46,506 bases of DNA from positions 1-46,506 of the forward strand of contig CAZRJY010000001.1 of NCBI GenBank assembly GCA_964600525.1, written 5' to 3'. Positions 1 to 7,434 of the stretch are shown here, piece by piece (positions within the stretch are counted from its first letter, which is position 1; every line of letters starts with the position of its first letter). The stretch is from an uncultured Clostridia bacterium. GTDB taxonomy: Bacteria > Bacillota > Clostridia > Christensenellales > Borkfalkiaceae. Under the pieces are notes generated by a model that had not been told where the DNA came from, did not search any database, and saw only the letters and a program-made list of their open reading frames with translations. The position numbers and the translations under genes were made by a program.

Positions 1-679
1 CCGCCGCGCCCTCCAAGTCGGCGGGAGTGCCCCACCTGCCCGCGGGTATGCGCGCCAAAATATCCGCGCTGCGCTCCTCGTCCTGACGAAGCTGCTGGGT
101 GTTGTTGGTTGCCATATAGCCGGGGGCAATAGCGTTCACGTTTATGCCGTGGCTTGCCCACTCGTTGGAAAGGGTCATTGTTATGCCCTTGATTGCCGAC
201 TTGGACGCCGTGTACGAAGGCACGCGTATGCCGCCCTGATAGGAAAGCATAGAGGCGATATTTATGATTTTTCCGCCACCGCCCTGCTTAATAAACTGCC
301 TGGCAACCGCCTGCGTTAAGAAAAACACCGTCTTTAAATTTACGTTTAAAACGCTGTCCCAGTTCTCTTCGGAAAATTCCAGACTGTCCTGACGCTTGAT
401 AATGCCCGCGTTATTGACGAGAATGTCTATGCGTCCGTAGCGCGCAAGCGTCTTCTCGATGACCTCGGGTATAACTTCGCACGAGGAAAGGTCGGCGATT
501 ACGTTATAAAAATTTTCACTGCCGATAAGCTGTTCGGTTTCGGTAGACGGTCTGCGCGACACGCCCACAACCTTTGCTCCCGCCTCGGCGTACGCTCTGC
601 ATATGCCCTGCCCGAGCCCCGTGTTAGAGCCCGTAACGATTGCCACTTTGCCTTTTAAAGAAAATAAATCTAATATCAT
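1..679 (-). CDS. kduD: SDR-family oxidoreductase, KduD-like (2-dehydro-3-deoxy-D-gluconate 5-dehydrogenase type); C-terminal end cut by window edge
   Basis: It runs off the window, so it is absent from the ORF track. My reverse-strand translation from the ATG at complement(677..679) reads MILDLFSLKGKVAIVTGSNTGLGQG...ILVNNAGII...VPSYTASKSAIKG. This shows the Rossmann TGxxxGxG, NNAG and catalytic YxxxK motifs of classical SDRs. The N-terminus closely parallels E. coli KduD. A GGGGGAA RBS lies at complement(682..688). The start is 16 nt downstream of the deacetylase stop, which suggests an operon. Confidence 0.75.
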   Translation of the reverse strand, partial: MILDLFSLKGKVAIVTGSNTGLGQGICRAYAEAGAKVVGVSRRPSTETEQLIGSENFYNVIADLSSCEVIPEVIEKTLARYGRIDILVNNAGIIKRQDSLEFSEENWDSVLNVNLKTVFFLTQAVARQFIKQGGGGKIINIASMLSYQGGIRVPSYTASKSAIKGITMTLSNEWASHGINVNAIAPGYMATNNTQQLRQDEERSADILARIPAGRWGTPADLEGAA

Positions 680-695
680 AATTCCCCCGGAATAT

Positions 696-1550
696 TTATT
701 TGTCGAACGTTACCGTTTCACCCGCGCCGACTTTGTAAGTCTTGCCGCGAAGTTCGAGCCAAACTTCAAGCGCCGAGGGGTTGCACACCCTTTCGCCGTC
801 CAGCGAAAACACAAGGCGGTTGTATGCCTGCACGTAGTCGTAAATTTCGATATTGGTCGCAAACCATATATCGTCCTTATTCTCGGAAGCGCGCCTGCAC
901 AGGCTTTCGATTACCTCCCAGTTGTTGTCGTCGTCGAACTCGTAGGAGTGCCCCCAAACGTAGAACAGCCACGGCTCGCGGTGCTTGAATTCTTTAAGCG
1001 GCGAACCGCCGAAAAATTTGTCGGCAAGGGGCGCAAGTTCCTTTTCGGTATGGTGGCAGGTAGGGTTGAGTTCCAGCCAGTCGGTCGGAATTTCAAAGCC
1101 GTAAGTGGACTTGGTAGTCCGCGCATACGCCACGCCTAAATCGGCAAGCACGCGCTTTATATTATCGTTGTAACCGCCGTACGCGTAAGCCATTCCGCGC
1201 ACGATTTTTCCGAATTTGTTTTCAAGATAATCACGGTTGTCCAAGACTTCCTTTACAGCCTCGCAAAGGGGCACTTTGTCCATGAATATGTGCCGCGCAC
1301 CGTGCAGAGCAATCTCTTGTCCGCAGTCGCAAAAGGCGGCGTAAGTCCCCTCTTCGTCCATTCTGTCGTGCCAGCACCGGCAGTCGAAAAGCCTGGAATT
1401 CAGGTTGAACGTGCCCTTTAAATTATACTTTGCAAGTACCTGCAAAAGCCGCTTGTCCGCCTTAACACCGTCGTCGTACGAAAAAGTGAGCGCCTTACAC
1501 TTTCCGTCGGGAAAACGCATATATTTTTCCTCAAACATCTGTCTGAACAT
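696..1550 (-). CDS. polysaccharide deacetylase family protein (NodB-homology / CE4-like)
   Basis: 284-aa ORF. The segment KALTFSYDDGVKADKRLLQVLAKYNLKGTFNLN resembles NodB motif 1 (TFDDG-like). Conserved His-containing segments are present (LHGARH, WGHSYEF). A GGGGG RBS lies upstream. The start is 21 nt downstream of the MATE stop. Confidence 0.7.
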   Translation of the reverse strand: MFRQMFEEKYMRFPDGKCKALTFSYDDGVKADKRLLQVLAKYNLKGTFNLNSRLFDCRCWHDRMDEEGTYAAFCDCGQEIALHGARHIFMDKVPLCEAVKEVLDNRDYLENKFGKIVRGMAYAYGGYNDNIKRVLADLGVAYARTTKSTYGFEIPTDWLELNPTCHHTEKELAPLADKFFGGSPLKEFKHREPWLFYVWGHSYEFDDDNNWEVIESLCRRASENKDDIWFATNIEIYDYVQAYNRLVFSLDGERVCNPSALEVWLELRGKTYKVGAGETVTFDK

Positions 1551-1571
1551 AAATTGACCCCCTGATATGCC

Positions 1572-3179
1572 TTAATTAACGGTGTTTTCGTCAGTTTCGG
1601 GCGAATTTTCGGTTTGTTCGGTTATAACTTCATTTCCCAAACTTTCCCCGACCGTTACGGAAATGCCCTCCGCCGCCGCAACGACCTCTGCGGGCTCTTT
1701 AAACAGCCCCGACGACTTTTTCCACTTGCCCGTCAAAAGCCTGGATAAGAACAGTACCGAACGCAGTACCCAGTCCGAGCACATACCTATCCAGTAGCCG
1801 AACGCACCCAGCTGCGGCAAGCCGGCAATCTTGTCGGTGGTAAGTATGAACGCCAGTCCCACGCGCATTACGAACATCGAAATGACCGCGCTGAACATAA
1901 CGTATTTCACGTCGCTTGTAGCCTTTAAAATAGCGGGCGTCGTGAACGATAACGGATAAGTTACAATCTGCATAGCCAGACAAAAATAAAGGCACTTTAA
2001 AGCTATTTGTCTTATTACACCCAACTGTTCCGCAGTTACGTCTTTAAAGTTCCAGATAAGCACGATATACTGCGACAGCCCCAAAAACATCGCAACGCAG
2101 ATTGTATTTGCAATATACGAGAGAAGAAACATCTTTTTCATATAGTGCTTGCACTGGTCAACGTCGCCCGTCCCCACGGACTGACCTATGACCGTAAGGC
2201 ACGCAGTACCAACGCCGCCGCCCACCATCGAGGCGTAGTTGTTTACGTGGTTTGCAATCGAGTTGCCTAAGGCCTGTACGTTAATAGTTTTATTTACGCC
2301 GTCTTTGATTACCTGCATTCCGTTTTCGTCGAGAACAGGACTGATATAGCAACCCACGTTTACGAACGTAGAAGTCATCAGCTTTCCGAGCTGGAACAGC
2401 GCGCTCTCTATGCCGGCGGGTATCGCAAGGCGGAGTATCTTTTTTATCATCTGCTTATTAAAGCGGAACTTTTCGAAAATTCTAACGCAGACGGCGTTCT
2501 TTTTATTGCCTAAAACGACGAGCATATAGATTGCGGGAATGGCTCTGCACACGAGCGTAGCAAGCGCCGCGCCCAAAACGCCCAGTTTAAAGACGTATAA
2601 AAACAGCGCGTCCATCGCCGCGTTGAGTCCGCAGGATAACGCCGCGGACGACATGGTTATCATGCTCTTCCTCTGCACCCTTAAAAGCGCGGCGCAGGCG
2701 TTGAAAAGACCTATAAACGGAAACGATGCCGCCGTTATGTAAAAGTAAATGCTCTGGAATTTGAACGTCTGGCTCGAAGGAGAGATATCGCTGTACAAAA
2801 GTCTTAAAAGCGGCCAGTTCAGCGCAACGCTTAAACCGCCTATCACAAGCGAGGCTATGATAACGATTATAAGCATGTGCTTTGCGCTGGATTTTGCCGC
2901 TTCGCCGTCCTTTGCACCCAGAGCCTGGGAGGTTATGATTGCGCCGCCCGTGGCGAATGCCGAAAACAACTGAATAATAAGATTATTCATGTAGTCGATA
3001 TTAGTTACCGCAAGGCTTGCGCTGGTGCTGTCGCCCGGCATATTCGAAACCATTATCGAATCGATAAACCCCAGCGACGACGAAAAAATCTGCTCGATTA
3101 TAATGGGCAAAATCAGCCATAAAAGCTGTTTGCCCGTGAAAAGCGTGTATTTTCTTTTTTGTCTTGCCGCTTTCTCCAT
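1572..3179 (-). CDS. MATE family efflux transporter with ~55-aa acidic C-terminal tail
   Basis: 535-aa polytopic ORF. The N-terminus (QLLWLILPIIIEQIFSSSLGFIDSIMVS) and two-lobed hydrophobic pattern are typical of MATE/NorM-like proteins. A GGAG RBS lies 10 nt upstream of the ATG. The tail ...EVITEQTENSPETDENTVN is low complexity. Confidence 0.85.
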   Translation of the reverse strand: MEKAARQKRKYTLFTGKQLLWLILPIIIEQIFSSSLGFIDSIMVSNMPGDSTSASLAVTNIDYMNNLIIQLFSAFATGGAIITSQALGAKDGEAAKSSAKHMLIIVIIASLVIGGLSVALNWPLLRLLYSDISPSSQTFKFQSIYFYITAASFPFIGLFNACAALLRVQRKSMITMSSAALSCGLNAAMDALFLYVFKLGVLGAALATLVCRAIPAIYMLVVLGNKKNAVCVRIFEKFRFNKQMIKKILRLAIPAGIESALFQLGKLMTSTFVNVGCYISPVLDENGMQVIKDGVNKTINVQALGNSIANHVNNYASMVGGGVGTACLTVIGQSVGTGDVDQCKHYMKKMFLLSYIANTICVAMFLGLSQYIVLIWNFKDVTAEQLGVIRQIALKCLYFCLAMQIVTYPLSFTTPAILKATSDVKYVMFSAVISMFVMRVGLAFILTTDKIAGLPQLGAFGYWIGMCSDWVLRSVLFLSRLLTGKWKKSSGLFKEPAEVVAAAEGISVTVGESLGNEVITEQTENSPETDENTVN

Positions 3180-3203
3180 TTATGCCGCTCCGTATTACTG
3201 CCC

Positions 3204-3232
3204 ATTATATTACTTTATAATTAAAAAGTAAA
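3204..3232 (-). promoter_or_regulatory. candidate sigma-70-type promoter of the MATE/deacetylase/kduD operon
   Basis: On the minus strand: TTTACT-17 nt-TATAAT, about 25 nt upstream of the ATG, with GGAG in between. Confidence 0.45.
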
Positions 3233-3250
3233 GAAAACCGCGGTCGATAG

Positions 3251-3279
3251 TTGACACGGACGGCGATAATTTTTATAAT
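3251..3279 (+). promoter_or_regulatory. candidate consensus promoter of yitT
   Basis: TTGACA (3251-3256)-17 nt-TATAAT (3274-3279). This is a perfect consensus, ending 7 nt before the in-frame GTG at 3287. Confidence 0.5.
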
Positions 3280-3286
3280 ATGGTAT

Positions 3287-4183
3287 GTGGAAGCAAAAAA
3301 GAAAACAGTATTAAGAATTTTAAAGCAGTACGCCGTAATTACACTGGGCTGTATTTTATACGCTACGGGCATATCCCTTTTCGTAGAGCCCGCAAACCTC
3401 GCATCGGGCGGAATGACGGGTATTTCGCTTATAATCAACGCCGTTTCGGGATTTCCGACCGGCTACCTTTACATAATACTCAACGTTCCCATGTTCATAC
3501 TGGGACTGATTTTCTTCGGCTGGAAGTTCCTTGTTTCTACGGGATATGCAACCGTCGTTTCGGGTCTTTTAATGCGGTTCGGCAAGTATGCGCTTTACCA
3601 CTGGATAAAACACCCCTTTACCGACCAGGTTCTGGTAAACGCCGTCGTGGGCGCGGTGCTGTTCGGCATCGGTATGGGGCTCATATTCCGTATGGGCGCG
3701 ACGACCGCGGGTACCGACGTCATAGTAAAAATTCTGCGCAAACGCTTCCGCCATATCAAGACGGGTATGATTTCACTCGTTACCGACATGATAGTCGTTG
3801 GCTGTTCGTTTTTCGTGCACTACGACGTAAATAAACTTTTTTACACCGCATTGCACGTAGTCGTGTTTACGCTCATGTTCGACTGGGTTTTATACGGCGG
3901 AAACTCCGCAAAGACGGTATTTATTATCACCGCAAAAGAAAATTGCGAGAACGTGATAAAACGCATTTTAAAGGAAATAGACACGGGCGCGACCATCGTC
4001 GACGCGAAGGGCGCGTATACCAACGACGATAAGGTTATGATTATGTGCGTAGTAAAACCCTTCCTCTACCCGCGCCTCCGCGACGTGGTGCACCAGGAGG
4101 ACAAAAAGGCGTTTATGATTATTTCCTCCGCCAAGGAAATTTACGGCGAGGGTTACCAGAACCCCGAAGACGCCGAGTTGTAA
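3287..4183 (+). CDS. YitT-family membrane protein (C-terminal DUF2179-type domain)
   Basis: The ORF-track frame is 3251..4183. It has a hydrophobic N-terminal half and a C-terminal soluble domain (DTGATIVDAKGAYTNDDKVMIMCVVKPFLYPRLRDVVHQEDKKAFMIISSAKEIYGEGY) typical of YitT/DUF2179. The TTG at 3251 coincides with a consensus -35 box, so I prefer the in-frame GTG at 3287. The start remains uncertain. Confidence 0.85.
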   Translation: MEAKKKTVLRILKQYAVITLGCILYATGISLFVEPANLASGGMTGISLIINAVSGFPTGYLYIILNVPMFILGLIFFGWKFLVSTGYATVVSGLLMRFGKYALYHWIKHPFTDQVLVNAVVGAVLFGIGMGLIFRMGATTAGTDVIVKILRKRFRHIKTGMISLVTDMIVVGCSFFVHYDVNKLFYTALHVVVFTLMFDWVLYGGNSAKTVFIITAKENCENVIKRILKEIDTGATIVDAKGAYTNDDKVMIMCVVKPFLYPRLRDVVHQEDKKAFMIISSAKEIYGEGYQNPEDAEL

Positions 4184-4188
4184 AAGTT

Positions 4189-4226
4189 AAAAGCCCCGCG
4201 GCGACAGCCGCGGGGCTTTTTTTATT
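4189..4226. terminator. bidirectional rho-independent terminator between convergent yitT and mmcQ-like genes
   Basis: The sequence is aaaaGCCCCGCGGCgacaGCCGCGGGGCttttttt. It forms a 10-bp GC stem extended by A/T pairs, with a T-run on both strands. Confidence 0.8.
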
Positions 4227-4893
4227 TTTTACCTTTTGCCAGCTCGAAGCTCATATCCACGAGGGCGCAAATCACTTCGGCGTTCACCCTGCCGTCCAGC
4301 GGAACGGTTATCCAGCTCTTTTTGTTCATATGGTACGCAGGCAGATAGTTCACACCGTCCACAAGCCTTGCAATCCCGGTTGCGGGCGCGCGCAAATCGA
4401 TAACCTCGATAAGTCCCTCGCCGTCCAGTCCCAACCTTTCGCGCTTGACCTGCATAACTAAAAAATACCACTTGCGGTTGTCCCTGCGGCGCATAACCGC
4501 GTTTTCGTCGCCCCATAAAAATTCGAGCGGCGTGCGGTATTTTCCCTTGGCGTACTTTATAACCGCCTTCGCCGTACTTTCGCGGTAGACCTCCGCGTCC
4601 GAATAGCATTTGTCCGAAATCGAGTTTATAACCCTTTCGTACTCCGAGCGCACCTCTCCGACGAACGCGCCTTCCGCGCCCTCCACGGCGAACAGATAAT
4701 ATCTGTCTTTGGTTTCGCCGTCGAAAACCGCCGCTTCGGGTATATCGTCCTTGACTGTAACTTCAATAAAAAACTGACCGTCTAAAATATCCTCGGTATA
4801 TAAATACCTGTCGCCCGATTTTTCAAAGCCGTATTCCGTAAGGGCTTTTTTTATTGCCTTTCTGCCGTAAAACAGCCCTTTAATATCCAACAT
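4222..4893 (-). CDS. MmcQ/YjbR-family protein with ~100-aa N-terminal extension
   Basis: 223-aa ORF. The C-terminal half (PLEFLWGDENAVMRRRDNRKWYFLVM...LPAYHMNKKSWITVPLDG) matches the MmcQ/YjbR pattern as I recall it. A GGGGG RBS lies upstream. The start is 42 nt downstream of the ADH gene. Confidence 0.6.
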   Translation of the reverse strand: MLDIKGLFYGRKAIKKALTEYGFEKSGDRYLYTEDILDGQFFIEVTVKDDIPEAAVFDGETKDRYYLFAVEGAEGAFVGEVRSEYERVINSISDKCYSDAEVYRESTAKAVIKYAKGKYRTPLEFLWGDENAVMRRRDNRKWYFLVMQVKRERLGLDGEGLIEVIDLRAPATGIARLVDGVNYLPAYHMNKKSWITVPLDGRVNAEVICALVDMSFELAKGKK

Positions 4894-4935
4894 TTCAGCA
4901 ATTACCCCCGTAATATGCCTTAACTAACCGTATTT

Positions 4936-6114
4936 TTACAGCGCCGCGGTGTAAATTGCAAGCGCGTCGCTCTCCTTGATTTTTTTGCAGCTGCCTTTCT
5001 CTGCGCCGTTGTTTTCCACCCACTTTGCCGCCATTTCCTTCAAATCGTCCTGCGTGGGATTGACGCCCAGCGCCCTGATAGAAGTCGGCATACCCAGCTT
5101 CTGGAACCACTCCTCCGCCGCCTCGATACCCTTTAACGCAAGCTCGGCGCGCGTGCCGTTGGGGCGCACGCCCATAACCTGCACGGCGAATTTATGAAAG
5201 CGGTTAAGACAGTTTTTATATACGTACCTCGCCCAGCTTCCCCATACGGCCGTAAGGGAAGCGCCGTGCGCTACGTCGTACTTTGCCGACAGCTCGTGCC
5301 CCAGAGAGTGCGTGCACCAGTCGCCGCCGTCGTTGCCGCAACCCGTCATTCCGTTGTGCGAAAGACTGCCCGCCCACATCAAATCCGAGCGCGCTTCCAG
5401 ATTAGTCAAATCGCGCATAATAACTTTCGACGCGGATATTACGGTGGTCATAAGCGCCTCCGCCATACTGTCGGTAAGCTTCAATGTTTCGCCGCTCACA
5501 AGATAGCGTTCGAGCGTGTGCATGAATATGTCCACGCAGCCGCACGCCGTGGGATATGCGGGCACGGTTGCCGTAAGCTCGGGATTTAAAATTGCGAACA
5601 CGGGGCGCGACAGCTCTGCGTTGCGACCGCGCTTTATCTGCAAATAATCGTTGGTTATTACCGACGACTTGCTCATTTCGCTGCCCGCCGCCGCAACGGT
5701 TAAAATTACGCCCACGGGCAAAGTCTTGTCGGGAGTGCGCTTTTCCGTGTAGTAGTCCCAGACGTCGCCGCCGCCCGCCGCGCCCATTCCTATCGCCTTG
5801 GCACTGTCGATAACGCTGCCGCCGCCGACCGCCAAAATAAAGTCGACGCCGCTCTTTTTACACAGCTCTATCCCCTCGTAGACAAGCGATAAACGCGGAT
5901 TGGGTTTAACTCCGCCCAGCTCTACAACATTTACTTTCGCACTCTCCAACGCCCACTTCACGCGCTTGATAAGTCCGCTCTTGACCGCACTGCCGCCGCC
6001 GTAATGCAAAAGCACGCACTTACAGCCGTGTTCGGTCATAATCCCGGTAAGCTTTTCGTCGCTTTTAATTCCGAAGTAAACCTTTGTGGGTGCGTTGTAA
6101 ATAAAATCGTTCAT
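4936..6114 (-). CDS. iron-containing (group III) alcohol dehydrogenase, butanol dehydrogenase/YqhD-like
   Basis: 392-aa ORF. It shows the N-terminal FIYNAPTKVYFG segment, the GGGSVIDSAKAIG dinucleotide-binding motif and a metal-binding His cluster (THSLGHELSAKYDVAHGASL). A GGGGGAA RBS lies 7 nt upstream. Confidence 0.9.
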   Translation of the reverse strand: MNDFIYNAPTKVYFGIKSDEKLTGIMTEHGCKCVLLHYGGGSAVKSGLIKRVKWALESAKVNVVELGGVKPNPRLSLVYEGIELCKKSGVDFILAVGGGSVIDSAKAIGMGAAGGGDVWDYYTEKRTPDKTLPVGVILTVAAAGSEMSKSSVITNDYLQIKRGRNAELSRPVFAILNPELTATVPAYPTACGCVDIFMHTLERYLVSGETLKLTDSMAEALMTTVISASKVIMRDLTNLEARSDLMWAGSLSHNGMTGCGNDGGDWCTHSLGHELSAKYDVAHGASLTAVWGSWARYVYKNCLNRFHKFAVQVMGVRPNGTRAELALKGIEAAEEWFQKLGMPTSIRALGVNPTQDDLKEMAAKWVENNGAEKGSCKKIKESDALAIYTAAL

Positions 6115-6144
6115 TAAAAATTCCCCCGTGATATTCGTAATTAC

Positions 6145-6173
6145 ATAATAGCATAAACCCGAAGTATAATCAA
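6145..6173 (-). promoter_or_regulatory. candidate promoter of the Fe-ADH gene
   Basis: On the minus strand: TTGATT-17 nt-TATTAT, followed by GGGGGAA and the ATG. Confidence 0.45.
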
Positions 6174-6185
6174 TAGCCGCGCGGC

Positions 6186-6234
6186 ATTTACACGTTGACT
6201 TTTTTTTGCGTTAAGGGTATAATTTACACGTTGA
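6186..6234 (+). repeat. perfect 13-bp direct repeat ATTTACACGTTGA x2 bracketing the asparaginase promoter
   Basis: The copies lie at 6186-6198 (overlapping the -35) and 6222-6234 (overlapping the -10 end and expected TSS), 36 bp apart. Confidence 0.85.
6195..6223 (+). promoter_or_regulatory. candidate promoter of the asparaginase gene
   Basis: TTGACT (6195-6200)-17 nt-TATAAT (6218-6223), followed by AAGAGG and the ATG at 6249. Confidence 0.55.
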
Positions 6235-6248
6235 AAGAGGTATGACAT

Positions 6249-7277
6249 ATGTTAAACAGAATTTGCGTGATTTTTACGGGCGGCACCATAGGGAGCGACT
6301 CGGACGGAAAAAACGTGGCTTTAAGCGGCGCGAGCAAAAAAATGCTGATTGAAAAGTACCGCGAAACCGCGGACGGCGATATACGCTTCGACGTGCTTTC
6401 GCCCATAAACATATTGAGCGAAAACGTGCAAAAGAGCGACCTTGAAAAGCTGTACAACTGCATCAAGGGCGTAAACTGTTCCGATTACGACGGCATAATA
6501 GTAACCCACGGCACGGACACGCTGTGCTTTACCGTCAACTGGCTGAGCCTTGTTCTCTGCGATATTTCCCTGCCCCTCGTCGTGGTTTCGGCGCTGTACC
6601 CTTTGACCGACCCGCGCACGAACGGCGTCAAAAATTTTGCGGGCGCGGTGGACTTTATAGAAAAGTCGGGCTTGCGCGGGGTTTACTGCGCGTTTGCCAA
6701 CGACAACGAAAACTGCAAAATCCACTTGGGCAGCCGCCTTACCTACCCCGACGAAATTAACGGCTTTTACCACAGCTCGCTGGGAGTGCACTTCGCCGAA
6801 ATAGAAAACGGCGACGTAGTATACAACTCCTCACGCGTGTTGCCTTCTTTAAAGGAAGTCAACGCCGAACGCATACCTCCCGTGCCGAGCTCTCTCTGCG
6901 ACGAAATAATGCTGATTACCATGCGCTCGCTTTTAAACTACACGGTGTACGATTTTTCGCGCACCATGCCCAAGGCGGTAATTATCGAGCTTTCGCACAG
7001 CGGCACTGTCTGCACCGTGGGCGAGGAGCTCAACTTTAAAAATTTCGCCGCATACTGTAAGGAGTGCGGCGTGCCCGTAATCCTCGCCCCCGTTATGAGC
7101 AGGGCGCGCGTTTACGCAAGCATGATAGGCATACCCGAATACGCAATTTTAGTATACGACATGACCATAGAAATGACAATCGTAAAGGTTATGAGCGCAC
7201 TCGGCGACAATCTTTCCGCCGACGCGTACTTTAACGCCGATTTCGCGTTCGAGAAAATCGACTTCCCCGCCGTCTGA
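6249..7277 (+). CDS. asparaginase/glutaminase family protein (type I L-asparaginase-like)
   Basis: 342-aa ORF. It shows the catalytic-Thr motif VIFTGGTIGS and the second signature IIVTHGTDTL, and is co-linear with E. coli AnsA. An AAGAGG RBS lies 8 nt upstream. Confidence 0.8.
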   Translation: MLNRICVIFTGGTIGSDSDGKNVALSGASKKMLIEKYRETADGDIRFDVLSPINILSENVQKSDLEKLYNCIKGVNCSDYDGIIVTHGTDTLCFTVNWLSLVLCDISLPLVVVSALYPLTDPRTNGVKNFAGAVDFIEKSGLRGVYCAFANDNENCKIHLGSRLTYPDEINGFYHSSLGVHFAEIENGDVVYNSSRVLPSLKEVNAERIPPVPSSLCDEIMLITMRSLLNYTVYDFSRTMPKAVIIELSHSGTVCTVGEELNFKNFAAYCKECGVPVILAPVMSRARVYASMIGIPEYAILVYDMTIEMTIVKVMSALGDNLSADAYFNADFAFEKIDFPAV

Positions 7278-7379
7278 AAACGATATTCATTTATGCGTAT
7301 ATTTTATGAATAAACACGGCTTTAAGGGCTTATAAAATTTATTTATACCTTTAAATTGTACGCCCGCGCGTATAAATTA

Positions 7380-7408
7380 TTGACTTTTATATAACCATAT
7401 TATAAAAT
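7380..7408 (+). promoter_or_regulatory. candidate promoter of the TlpA-lipoprotein operon
   Basis: TTGACT (7380-7385)-17 nt-TAAAAT (7403-7408) in an AT-rich intergenic region, 26 nt before the ATG at 7435. Confidence 0.45.
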
Positions 7409-7434
7409 AGAGATAATTGAGGAATAAGGTTATT

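Noticed and set aside
603-1139. 178-aa plus-strand ORF spanning the kduD start and the deacetylase 3' half
   Set aside because: It overlaps two motif-supported minus-strand genes and crosses their intergenic RBS. Its translation has no recognisable features.
3280-3834. 184-aa ORF starting at an ATG just after the yitT -10 box, in an alternative frame to yitT
   Set aside because: The translation is extremely Arg/Gly-rich and non-hydrophobic, whereas the overlapping frame gives a canonical YitT membrane protein. It is most likely a frame artefact. I mention it only because its ATG (3280) would be the first AUG of a leaderless transcript.
4189-4226. The same 10-bp stem (GCCCCGCGGC/GCCGCGGGGC) in the terminators at 4189-4226 and 10899-10938; I considered a REP-like dispersed element
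   Set aside because: There are only two copies. Each sits exactly where a bidirectional terminator is expected between convergent genes. The loops and flanks differ. GC-rich CCGCGG-centred stems can arise convergently. A genome-wide count would be needed.
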